Source: Octopus sinensis (Eukaryota). Taken from it: DNA of 64,000 nt. Position numbers and translations under genes: made by a program. This document shows positions 11,511 to 23,079 of the stretch, one piece after another (within the stretch, counting starts at the first letter, position 1; the number at the start of each line of letters is the position of its first letter). The notes below the pieces were generated by a model, which saw nothing but the letters and a program-made list of their open reading frames with translations, was not told the DNA's origin and did no database searches. The stretch spans positions 26,722,001 through 26,786,000 of the forward strand of contig NC_043018.1 in the NCBI RefSeq assembly GCF_006345805.1. Direction: 5' to 3'.

Positions 11511-11978
11511 AGAAACGGACCAGAAGAGAGAAAGGGATATAGAAAAAGATAGATAGATAAAGAGAGTGAGAGAAAGCGAGAGAGAAAGGGAGAGATAAAG
11601 AGAGAGGGGGGAGAAAGAGGGTGAGACAGAGTGAGAGACAGAGAGACATAGAGAGATTGAGTGGGAAAGACTCAGTGATGTGAGGGAGAGAACATGAGAG
11701 AGAAACAAGGGGGAGAAAAAATACATGTGTAAGAGAAAGAGAGTGTAGACTGTGAGGAAGAGAGTAAGGGGAAAGGGTAGAAGGGTGAGAAAGTGAGAGG
11801 GAGAGAGAGAGAGGGAGGGAGTGGGAGGGTGAGAGAGGATGAGAAAGGCAGAGTGAAAGCTGGAAAGAGAAGTGGAGACAAACAGAAAGGATAGGGAAGA
11901 CAGGGAGAGAGCGCGATTGTTTCATTGGTACAAGTTACCCTGAGCAGACGACCGAGAAAGAGATTGAGAAGAGAGGGA

Positions 11979-12025
<47 letters not shown>

Positions 12026-12150
12026 AAGGGAAAAGAAAGGGAAGAGAGGGAAAGCGAGAGAGAAGGAAAGAGAGAGAGAAACAGTGAAATGAAAAATAAG
12101 GGCCATCGTCAATGACATAAGCAAGGGGGGAGGAGGAGAGGGAAGAGGAG
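10760..12150. repeat. Purine-rich (GA)n/(GT)n low-complexity tract with a degenerate internal duplication
   Basis: The gtgtg...gagagagattg module near 10855-10945 recurs near 11420-11510. Confidence 0.9.
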
Positions 12151-12360
12151 AGCGTGTCAATCAATGGCTCGTTGTTTCATGGCAGGTATGAGAGAGTGAG
12201 TTTGTGATACGATCATGCCTTGCCGTATCAGGCCATGGTTATATGAAGGAATGATTCACTGGAAGTTTTTTATTATACAACAACACTGCCACCTCCACCA
12301 CCATCAGAACAATAACAACAACAACAACAATAACTATTATTATTATTATTATTATTATTA

Positions 12361-12405
<45 letters not shown>

Positions 12406-12846
12406 CATCATCATTATTATTATTATTACTATAAAATGGCGTTATCGTTTGCTAGCAATATCTCAAAATTCTGAAGACTACATGGTGAAATACAAAAAAG
12501 AAAAACGACAAGCAACAGCGAGGGAAGGATTTATAGAGAGTAGAAGAGTTTGATGAACATTAAAGATATTAAGCAGCAATAAATAACAATAACAAAACAG
12601 GATACAAAAAGAATAACAGCTAGATTTTTCGATATTGAACGGATGGAACCGCAAAGAGTAATTCATGGCACCCCACTACGCAACCTCGTATTATTCTGAT
12701 ACACGAAGTCTTGCTTCTAATGAACGGCCGCATAGTCAGAGGAGGCCTGTTTAGCTGCGTCAGTTTCGTTACTCTCATCCACCTTTCATGAAATTTACAG
12801 GAACTTTCTACCCTCACCTTTTTCTTGAAGTGGTATTTGAGCGAAT

Positions 12847-13078
12847 AGGCGGCGAGCTGGCAAAAACGTTAGCACGCTGGGCGAAATGCGTAGCCGTATT
12901 TCGTCTGCCGTTACGTTCTGAGTTCAAATTCTGCAGAGGTCGACTTCGCCTTTCATCATTTCGGGGTTGATAAACTAAGTACCAGTTACGCACTGGGGTC
13001 GATGTAATCGACTTAATCCGTTTGTCTGTCTTTGTTTGTCCCCTCCGTGTTTAGCCCCTTGTGGGTAGTAAAGAAATA
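12847..13078 (+). mobile_element. Young tRNA SINE (tail B) with a 15-bp TSD
   Basis: GGTATTTGAGCGAAT at 12832-12846 and 13079-13093. Confidence 0.95.
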
Positions 13079-13489
13079 GGTATTTGAGCGAATTGGCAAA
13101 TACTTGGCTTGAGAAGGAAAGTTCTGCCCGCAAACATTTCAGCATCGCCCAACCCGTATCTTCCTTCGTCTTAGCCACCAGACGCAGGAAGACTGCCGTG
13201 ATAAGGGAAGGCGGCAAGTCCATCTTCACGATAGGTTCACCTGCTCCGTAAGTGTTCAAGAGCCATGAGACTAAATGCTCGATATAATCCTGCATAGCAA
13301 TACATAGACACCGAACGAGGGTATGCAGGACGGTTTCGTCACCCTCTCAATTGTTGTACAGCTAGGTAAAGGATCTTTTAGAAATTGGCCCTAAACTCTG
13401 GTCTGAAAGGATTCCAGGAATATATGGTAGGGTGAATCTGCACAGAGTTATAAAACCTTGATGACCATTGACGACCACAAGGCTATTCT

Positions 13490-13906
13490 TATTTCTTTAT
13501 TGCCCACAAGGGGCTAAACACAGAGGGGGCAAACAAGGACAGACAAAGGGATTAAGTCGATTACATCGACCCCAGTGCGTAACTGGTACTTATTTAATCG
13601 ACCCCGAAAGGATGAAAGGCAAAGTCGACCTCGGCGGAATTTGAACTCAGAACGTAACGGCAGACGAAATACCTATTTCTTTACTACCTACAAGGGGCTT
13701 AACACAGAGGGGACAAACAAGGACAGACAAACGGATTAAGTCGATTACATCGACCCCAGTGCGTAACTGATACTTATTTAATCGACCCCGAAAGGATGAA
13801 AGGCAAAGTCGACCTCGGCGGAATTTAAACGCAGAACGTAACGGCAGACGAAATACCTCTAAGCATTTCGCCCGGTGTGCTAACGTTTCAGCCAGCTTGC
13901 CGCCTT
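13490..13906 (-). mobile_element. SINE with one head and two tandem bodies; 16-bp TSD
   Basis: ACCACAAGGCT(A/G)TTCT at 13474-13489 and 13907-13922; internal junction aaagaaatag|gtatttcgtctg on the minus strand. Confidence 0.92.
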
Positions 13907-14344
13907 ACCACAAGGCTGTTCTGGAAGTATGATCTGTTGTGCGAGTGGATGTGTGGCGGTGTAGAGCAGAGGCCCAGGTGCTGCACTTCCGTCCAGAACA
14001 TGAGGAACATATGATTGCGGACTACTGTAGATTTTGGTAACCACAAGGTGAGGCCTTGGATTTGGTGATGATACGGAAGCTGCTGCTGCAACCGTTACTG
14101 CTCCCGTATCTTCTACAGACTACAATCGCTACATTGGCCCGAGGTTTGTAGGAGCTATGTGAGTTTTCCATAAAGATCTGATAGGGATCTCACTCAAAAA
14201 ATACCCTCCATCACGCAAAATCTCTTCTCAATCTTTTGAATTTTGTAGGCAGTTTGTCCGATGGTATAACCACTCTGCCAGTTCGACGCATTATTTTATT
14301 TTATCATCATCTGAAATCCGTTTTCTCATCTTGTGAGACCGAAG

Positions 14345-14860
14345 TTTGTTCCCGGCATCCATCCATCCATCCAACCGTCCGTCCACCCATCCATCCATCC
14401 AGCCAGCCAGCCTGCCATCCAGCCATTCAGCCACTCATCCGTCTGTTTGTCCGTCCATCCGTTTGTTCATCCATCCATGCATCAGTTCGTCCACCTGACT
14501 GTCTGTCTGTCTGTCTGTCTACCTACCTGCCTGTCTGTCTGTCTGTCCGTCCGTCTCTCAACCCGTCCAACTGTTTGTCCATCCGTCCGTCGATCTATCC
14601 AGCCAGCTAGCTGTCCGTCTGTAAACTTAACATCCATCCATACATCCATCCGTCCGTCCGTCCGCCCGTCTATCTGTCTGTCCATCCATCCGTGCATCAG
14701 ATCGTCCACCCGCCGCCTGTCTATCTGTGTGTTCGTCTGTCAACTTGTCCATCCATCCGTCCGTCCGTCGATCTATCTATCCAGCCAGCTATTTTGCCTC
14801 CGTAAACTCATCCATCCATCCATCCATCCATCCATCCATCCATCCACCCTGCAATCCCAC
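14345..14860. repeat. (CCAT)/(CCGT)/(CTGT) tetranucleotide compound microsatellite
   Basis: Direct inspection. Confidence 0.95.
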
Positions 14861-15079
14861 CATCTTGTATGTTTGTGTGTGTGTATGTGTGTGTGTGTGT
14901 GTTTTATTACTGAAACCATGATATTTTCTTTCTCCTTCCCGCCGCTGTTTGTCTGTTCATTAGCCGTAGATTCTGATAATTGATATGTGCATGTCTAATT
15001 ATGTTTCAGCAATTATTTATTATTGGGATTATTTATCTTTGTAAATTACGCAGATATCTATAAACATGCCGTCGCGTAA

Positions 15080-15119
<40 letters not shown>

Positions 15120-15149
15120 CCACACGATAGAACCACAGGATCTCTTTCG

Positions 15150-15450
15150 AGTTTCTTCATCTTCCGTTAACTCCTGCCACCCCACCTTAGAAGTTACCTC
15201 CCACGTATCCGACGCCTCGGTTAGACTTCTCTCGATTTTCCAATCATTGTAAACAATATCCATCTGTCCACCTACATCCACCACAAATCTACTGACTCCC
15301 ACTCCTCTCTCCCTCCACTAATCCTCCTCTCATTCTAAGCACGCTAAATCTGCCATATCCCTTCTCTGAATTCCTCCAGCTTCGCTTACTTCACAACATT
15401 GATTCAGATTTCGAAACCCAATGCGAGATGATGAAACATTTCCTCCCGAA
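15150..15450 (+). mobile_element. Penelope-like RT thumb fragment
   Basis: Broken translation SSVNSCHPTL...LSTYIHHKSTDSHS...KHAKS(AI)PFS.FL.LR...DSDFETQC matches the PLE KPTDSH...SIPYSQFLRLRR motif. Confidence 0.7.
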
Positions 15451-15454
15451 TCGG

Positions 15455-15722
15455 TGAAAGCGCGTGGCTTAGTGGTTAGTGCATTCGGCACAAGATCATA
15501 AGGTCGCGAGTTCAATTCCCGGCGACGCGTTGTATTCTTGAGCAAAACACTTTATTTCACGTTGCTCCAGTCCATTCACCTGGCAAAAATAAGTTGCACC
15601 TGTATTTCAAATCGCCAGACTTGTCACAATCTGTGTCATGCTGAATATCCCTGAGAACTACAATAAAGGCTCAGCAGGCTGTTCCGTTGATCGGAATCCT
15701 TGTCGTCGTAACCGACAGAGTA
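15455..15722 (+). mobile_element. tRNA-derived SINE (gcgcgtggcttagtggttag family); partial duplicate at 16040-16172; another copy at 31620-32170
   Basis: A box, B box gagttcaattccc, ttgagcaaaacactttatttcacgttgctccag core, tail gtcgtaaccgac. Confidence 0.85.
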
Positions 15723-15754
15723 CCAGTTCTCTGAATCGAGGGTACCATTCTGCG

Positions 15755-16000
15755 ATTACATTACCCCTAACATCTGGCCATCTAACTCCCCAGGCTGTAA
15801 TTCTCTCGATTATTAAGCGAGGGGTGAAGTTGAGCAACAGACCAACAAAACTCCTTGTAACACCAAAGATGACTGAAGGCAAGGATTATGGCAGCATTCA
15901 CCAGCTTAAAAAAGGAGACTGCCCAGAAGAGTTGCAGGAGATTCTGAAGTCGTCTAGAAGCCGTGGTTGAAGCCAAAGGTGATTTTATTGAATAAATTTA
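15755..16000 (+). mobile_element. Tc1/mariner-superfamily (DD37D/maT-like) transposase C-terminal fragment
   Basis: Broken translation IWPSNSPGCNSLDY...VEQQTNKTPCNTKD(E)LKARIMAAF...CRRF*SRLEAVVEAKGDFIE*. Confidence 0.75.
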
Positions 16001-16174
16001 CTCTTTAGTATTTCAAGATATTTTAATGTAATTTTGGTAAATATCCCTGAGAACTGCATTAAAGGTACACGTGACTGAGGAGTGCTCAGCAGGCTGTTCC
16101 GTTGATCGGATCAACTGGAATTCTTGTTGCCGTAACCGACAGAGTATCAGTTTTCTGAATCGAGGGTACCATCG

Positions 16175-16548
16175 AAATGTCGTGAACCCTGCACTCTGCT
16201 GGGCTCAGATTATCAACAGCACCATCGCTCTCCAACTCTCTTTAAGCACACCTACAAGTCGAATTCCACGGAAGATGACTCTTGAGTCCAGCTTTACTGA
16301 GGCAGGGTCTTGCACAGACACTGCATGTCAGCATCATAGGAAGACCCTTCCCATCTGGAAGTGTAACAGCGATGCCTTTCCTGACATCCCTCCTTACTTT
16401 CTCATGCGCAACTCGAGATTTCTCAAAAGTAGCTGTCCCCTCGTGCACAATCCTTCTCCACCCGCTACGATCAATAGCTATGTCCTCCCATGTGTCAGGT
16501 GAGATGCAAGCATCTCTTAAGGAAGCCTTCAGCAAGTCCTTATACCTC
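16175..16548 (-). mobile_element. RTE-clade LINE 3' end
   Basis: YKDLLKASLRDACISPDTWEDIAIDRSGWRRIVHEG...CSVCARPCLSKAGLKSHL. Confidence 0.85.
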
Positions 16549-16650
16549 ACATACATACATACATACATACATACATACATACATACATACATACATACAT
16601 ACATACATACATACATACATGCATGCATGCATACATACATACATACATAC

Positions 16651-16696
<46 letters not shown>

Positions 16697-16834
16697 ATAT
16701 ATATATATATATTTTATCTTCTACAAAAATTTTTTATTACTCCTTAGTTCATAAAGGAGTACAAAAAGCAGTTGTACTATACACGGAATACTGTCTTCAT
16801 TAAAAATTCTCTTATACATGCATACATACATATT

Positions 16835-16900
<66 letters not shown>

Positions 16901-17102
16901 CATACATATATACATAGATACATACATACATACATACATACATAATACACTACATATATACATACACACATACATACATATATATATATACATATATACA
17001 TACATATATACATAATACATACATACATATATACATACACACATACATACATATATATATATATACATAAATACATACATACATACATACATTCATACAT
17101 AC

Positions 17103-17135
<33 letters not shown>

Positions 17136-17209
17136 CATATATACATACATACATATATACCTATATACATACATACATACATACACACACACATACATAC
17201 ATACATATA

Positions 17210-17245
<36 letters not shown>

Positions 17246-17341
17246 TATATACATATATACATATATACATACATATATACATACATACATACATACATAC
17301 TACATATATATACATACATATATACATATATACATACATAT

Positions 17342-17374
<33 letters not shown>

Positions 17375-17380
17375 CATACA

Positions 17381-17416
<36 letters not shown>

Positions 17417-18034
17417 CATACATATATACATATATACATACATACATACATAGATACATACATGCATAATACATACACAGGTGCATACTTACATACGTAG
17501 CTACACGCACACACACACCACACACACACACACACACACATACACACACATATATATATATTTGAAGAAACTGATGCTAATAGGCAGTGAATAATAAAAC
17601 CCAAAACAAAAATACAAATAACCACCACCTCCACCACCACCACCACCACCACCACCTCCACCACCACCACCACCTCCACCACCACCACCACCTCCACCAC
17701 CACCACAACAACAACAACCAGAAAAATAACACGAAAGAAGGAAATTAGAAATGATGAGCTGATGGATGGGTGGATAGATTTAGAATTGATATGTCCCGTG
17801 TGACATACGGTTTAGGTGTGTTTCGAGATAGGATTTCGTTGGAAGCAACGTGAGGAACAGTTGTTGAGAGATGACAAGAGCTGACGTCCGTTTCTACGAA
17901 TAGCTATGCCAGCTGTTCAGTTAACCCTTTGCCTGTCTGTCCTTTCTGTTGCATGTGACAAACAGGACGTATTCCCCAGGTGGTCATTGCATTATATATG
18001 ATGCACTTTTGTCGATTTTGACTCTCCTAAGTAT

Positions 18035-18575
18035 AACATGTGATACGCAGGCTATATATCTCTTTTTTATTAGAGTCCATGGTATCATACATGATATACA
18101 TTCCTCAAATTTTGTTTTTTCAATCACCAGAGTAACTTGGGGCTTATGAAATGAAAGCTTTATATTATTCAGAACATATGAAACAAGGGCCAACTAAAAT
18201 CTGAAAATAAGCAAGGATGTTTAGCACAAATTTGTGAAAATGCTTTGGACAGGCATGTCCTGTATATTACATGTGATACACAGGGCATATATCCTGGTGT
18301 CCATGCATCATATCTGATATATATATTTTTTTCAATCACCAGAATAACTTGGGTCTTATGAAAGGAAAGCTGTATGTTACTCAGAACATGAAACAAGGGC
18401 TAACTAAAAAGTCTGATAAAAAGCTTGGGCATAGTTCCCTAGCATCTATGCATCGTATATGATACACAGTCCCACTTTCTCTTTCAATCACCAGAGAATA
18501 ACTTGGGTCCTATGGAAGGAAAGCTTTATGTTACTCAGAACATGAAAGAAGGGCTACCTAAAAAAGTCTGAAAAC
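18035..18575. repeat. Three copies of a ~90-bp conserved core with variable spacers
   Basis: tttcaatcaccaga..taacttggg.cttatgaaaggaaagctttatgttactcagaacatgaaacaagggctaactaaaaagtctga at 18118-18207, 18330-18420 and 18482-18574. Confidence 0.9.
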
Positions 18576-18746
18576 AAGCAGAGGACATTTCAGACAGACT
18601 TATGCCCTGTCCGTTCAAAGCATTTTCTTATTTCCCCATACATAACTCATACATGTTTGTATGTGTATATATATATATATATATAGATATATATATATAT
18701 ATATATATATATAGATATATATATCATACGTACATATATATATATC

Positions 18747-18782
<36 letters not shown>

Positions 18783-18842
18783 ATATATTATATATGTATA
18801 TATATATATATGTATATATATATGTATGTATATATATATGTA

Positions 18843-18878
<36 letters not shown>

Positions 18879-19677
18879 TGTATGTATGTATGTATTTGTA
18901 TGTATTATGTATGTGTTTGTGTGTATGTGTTTGTGTGTATTTGTGCTTGTTCTTCACCAGCGCCTGACAATTGGTAAACTTAGTGGTTGAGCAAGAGAGA
19001 TCGATCTAATAATTATCAGATTTGAAAAAACTAAGCACTGAGGTCGATTTGTTTGACTAGACCTTTCAAGGTGGTGCTCCAGCATTGCCGCAGTTCAATG
19101 ACTGAAACAAAAAAAATAAAAGATGTTATACACAATGTTACGTATTTTTTTTTTCAGGCAGATATCACCTCTGAACAGCTAATCTCGATTTTGTCTTTAA
19201 TATGGTAGGTGACACGTACCCGGGTTGTAATTGCACTGTATAGGACCGAACTCTAAATAACTTGGTTGCGAAATGAACTTTTTCACTATTCGTCCACGCT
19301 TCCAATCCAGGGAAAAATGAAACAAGGATAAATACACGAAAAAACAGTCAAATTTATGAATAAATGAATAAACAGATAAATAAATAAACTATGATGGTAT
19401 AAAATAAGTATAATTTCCAACCAAAAAATAACCACCCCAAAAAACGAGAAAACTTATTCAATGTATTAAGTGCCTCAAGTTCGTTTTTCAATCCCGCCCT
19501 TACTGTATTTCACTGTTTGCTCGCATGATTGCCTGTACTCAAGCTTTCTTCTTCTCACTCTGTCACTTTCCTCACCTATCTGCTTATCTATCGGCTATTT
19601 CATTTGAATAAAACAACACACTACCACACCACCGTCAACAACAACAACAACCACACCAACGACAACATCATCATCGA

Positions 19678-19719
<42 letters not shown>

Positions 19720-19999
19720 AATCATCATCATCAACAAACAACAACAACAACGCTATCATTATCAGTAACAGAGAAACCTGAAAGTGACCGCTCAACTTGA
19801 TGGAAATAGAAACTAGATTTGCATCCAATTCCTAAGCCCTACCGGTTTTTCGAGAGATAGAACACTATGGATAGTGAATGTTAGTTTGAAGTACACAAAC
19901 AATGCGTAACAAAAAAAAAAAATTTAAAAAAGGGAAAGAAGATGAAGAGGGACAGTCATAGATGGATTGCTTCTGAACAATGGGTCTCTTTGATCAGAG

Positions 20000-20402
20000 A
20001 TGACTAAAGGATAAACACCGCCGCCACCACCACCACCGCCGCCATACCACCACCGCCGCCATACCACCACCGCCGCCATACCACCACCGCCGCCATACCA
20101 CCACCGCCGCCATACCACCACCGCCGCCATACCACCACCCACCACCACCACCACCGCCGCCACCCACCACGCCGCCATACCACCACCGCCGCCATACCAC
20201 CACCGCCACCACCACCACCACCACCACCACCACCACCACCACCGCCACCGCCGCCGCCACCGCCGCCACCACCACCGCAGCCGCCGCCAAACTGAACTTA
20301 TAGAATCCTGGCTGGAATTTCAAGTCATGCAAGTTGTTGCTCTGTGACTGAGTTGTTAGATCCTGAGTGACCTGCCGAGTGTGTGTGTGTGTGTGTGTGT
20401 GT

Positions 20403-20442
<40 letters not shown>

Positions 20443-20584
20443 CTTGCCTGTCCGAATGAAACAAGTCTTCGGTCCATTACACAAAACAGAGGATGCGGAA
20501 ATGGATTGTAGGTGACGAATGATACGATGATACACCAGTGATGTTCACTTGACTGGAACTACTACTACGACGACCACGACGACC

Positions 20585-20670
<86 letters not shown>

Positions 20671-20701
20671 CACCACCACCACTACTACCACCACCACCAC
20701 C

Positions 20702-20781
<80 letters not shown>

Positions 20782-20815
20782 CACCACCACCACTACTACA
20801 ACCACCACCACCACC

Positions 20816-20856
<41 letters not shown>

Positions 20857-21040
20857 ACCACCACTACTACCACCACCACCACTACCACCACCCTACACAC
20901 CCCACTACTACTACTACTACTACTACTATTACCACCCACCAGCACCACACCACACACCACCACTACTACTACAACTACTACTACTACTACTACTAACTAC
21001 TACTACTACTACTACCACCACCACCACCACCACCACTACC

Positions 21041-21074
<34 letters not shown>

Positions 21075-21115
21075 TTACCACCAGCACCAGCACCACCACC
21101 ACCACTACTACTACA

Positions 21116-21171
<56 letters not shown>

Positions 21172-21240
21172 CACCACCACCACTACCACCACCACCACCA
21201 CCACTACAACTGCCGCCGCTGTTGCTACAGATGATGACGA
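20000..21240. repeat. 17-bp minisatellite (caccaccgccgccatac) followed by (CTA)n/(CCA)n tracts
   Basis: Direct inspection; source of the poly-T and poly-V ORFs. Confidence 0.92.
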
Positions 21241-21499
21241 TGATGATAATTCCTGTTATTAGCCGCAGAAGTATCAGAAGAGGGACGGGGGCGAAATTGC
21301 AAAGATGGCTTACAGTTTGTGTGTGTTGGTTTATACATTTACATAAAAGATGAGGGGGAAGAAAGGCAAGGGTGCTGAAGTGAGACTAGAGTACACATAG
21401 TATGCAAAATATGTGATAGCATCGATGATGCAGTCCGCCTGACACAGGAGAACCTCCAAACAGAGCCAACCAAAGCAAACCCCAGATACACCAACAAGA

Positions 21500-21628
21500 A
21501 TAATAAAAGATGGATAGAGGAAATAGTTATAAAACCCAGTTTAGTGCAGCTCCAAGAAGCAATGTTATCAAGGACAGCTAGGAAACTTAGGAAGGTTCTT
21601 GGCATCTAAGGTTATTGTTGAGTGTATA

Positions 21629-21630
<2 letters not shown>
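21500..21630 (+). mobile_element. RLE LINE (R4/Dong-like) extreme 3' fragment ending in (TAA)n
   Basis: PSLVQLQEAMLSRTARKLRKVLGI* followed by (TAA)n. Confidence 0.55.
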
Positions 21631-21707
<77 letters not shown>

Positions 21708-21708
<1 letters not shown>

Positions 21709-22070
21709 GTAGCTTGCTTACGAACCACATGGTTCCTACAGCGTGGCACCTTGGGCAAGTCTCTTCTACTATAGCCTCGGACCGACCAAAGCCTTGTGAG
21801 TGGATTTGGTAGACAGAAAGTGAAAGAAGTCCGTCGTATATATGTATATATATGTGTATGTGTGTGTATGTGTTTGTCTCCCCAACATAGCTTGACAACC
21901 GATGCTGGTGTGTTTACATCCCGTAACTTAGCGGTTCGGCAAAAGAGACCGATTGAATAAGTACTGGGCTTACAAAGGATAAGTCCTGGGGTCGATTTGC
22001 TCGACTAAAGGCGGTGCTCAGCATGGCTACAGTCAAATAACTGAAACAAGTAAAAGAGTAAAGAGAGTAA
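21708..22070 (+). mobile_element. CORE-like tRNA SINE with internal (TG)n
   Basis: cgtggcaccttgggcaagt...gaccaaagccttgtgagtggatttggtagac...ggcggtgctcagcatggc..actgaaacaagtaaaag. Relatives lie at about 18960-19125, 25455-25610, 32325-32790, 33290-33480, 34705-34820, 54470-54880, 61000-61320, 61745-61905 and 63955-64000. Confidence 0.8.
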
Positions 22071-22074
22071 AAAA

Positions 22075-22735
22075 TACAAAATAGACTGCACATCAGAAAG
22101 GGATAAGTGCAGAATTTGTGTACAAAACGGTGAAACCGTATGGCATATTACCAGCCAATGTACGCCACTAGCCCAGAGGGAATATAAGACAATATAGCCA
22201 GGTTTTTGACTATAGGACACTTTGCAACAAGTATGGACTTGACAGAGCCAAAAATTGGTGCGACCACAAACCTGAAGGCATCGTCGAAAATAAAAATGCA
22301 AAGATCCTATGGGATTTTATGATTCAGTGCGACCATGAGATAGAGAACAGGAAGCCAGACATAATCTTAATTGAGAAAGAAAACAAACTATGCTGGACCA
22401 TAGGTATAGCATGCCCAGCTGACAACAAGGTATGCGATAAGGAAGAAAGAAAAGTCGATAGATATGACAGGTTAGCTTGGGAAGTTAAGCAGTTGTGGTC
22501 GATGAAAAAGGTAGCAGTAGTACCAATAACTGTCGGAGCCCTGGGAACAGTGAGCAAAAATCTCGAGAAGTACGTGGAACAAATAGGGGCTGCAATAAGG
22601 GTGGAACACTTGCAGAAAACAGCACTGCTTGGAACTGCTCGAATACTCCGGAAGGTGCTCGAAAAATAAAAGGTGTTACATTAGTTCACTGGTAGTGAAC
22701 AGCTGACACCGTAGTACATCTCCAGCATTAGATAA
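22075..22735 (+). mobile_element. R4/Dong-like RLE LINE 3' fragment
   Basis: CCHC knuckle CRICVQNGETVWHITSQC; RKPDIILIEK...IACP RLE motif; LQKTALLGTARILRKVL; 3' UTR then (TAA)n. Confidence 0.9.
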
Positions 22736-22749
22736 TAATAATAATAATA

Positions 22750-22812
<63 letters not shown>

Positions 22813-23031
22813 TAATAATCCTTTCTGCTATAGGCACAAGGCTCGAAATTTGGAGGAAGAGGACTAGTCGATGACATCGGTCCCAGTATTTGACTGGTAC
22901 TTAATTTACCAACCTCGAAAGGATGAAGGAAAAGTCGACCTCGGCGGAATTTAACTCAGAGCGTAAAGACAGACGAAATGCCGCTAAGCATTTCGTCTAG
23001 CGTGCTAACGATTCTGCCAGCTCGCCGCTTT

Positions 23032-23068
<37 letters not shown>

Positions 23069-23079
23069 TAATAAAATAA

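Larger units (their letters stand above)
12620..14291 (-). pseudogene. Decayed intronless ORF of unknown identity, interrupted by two SINEs
   Basis: Removing each SINE plus one TSD restores the frame across both junctions (LPEQPCG|RQW and NSLKY|HFKKK). About 330 codons remain, with three in-frame stops and two inferred frameshifts; GC is higher than in the flanks. Confidence 0.5.

Noticed and set aside
12471-12495. CTGAAGA...GAAAT
   Set aside because: Stem II and stem III do not pair; chance match.
18035-18575. CRISPR-like repeat-spacer appearance
   Set aside because: Eukaryotic context, ~90-bp degenerate repeats, unequal and partly homologous spacers, no cas genes.
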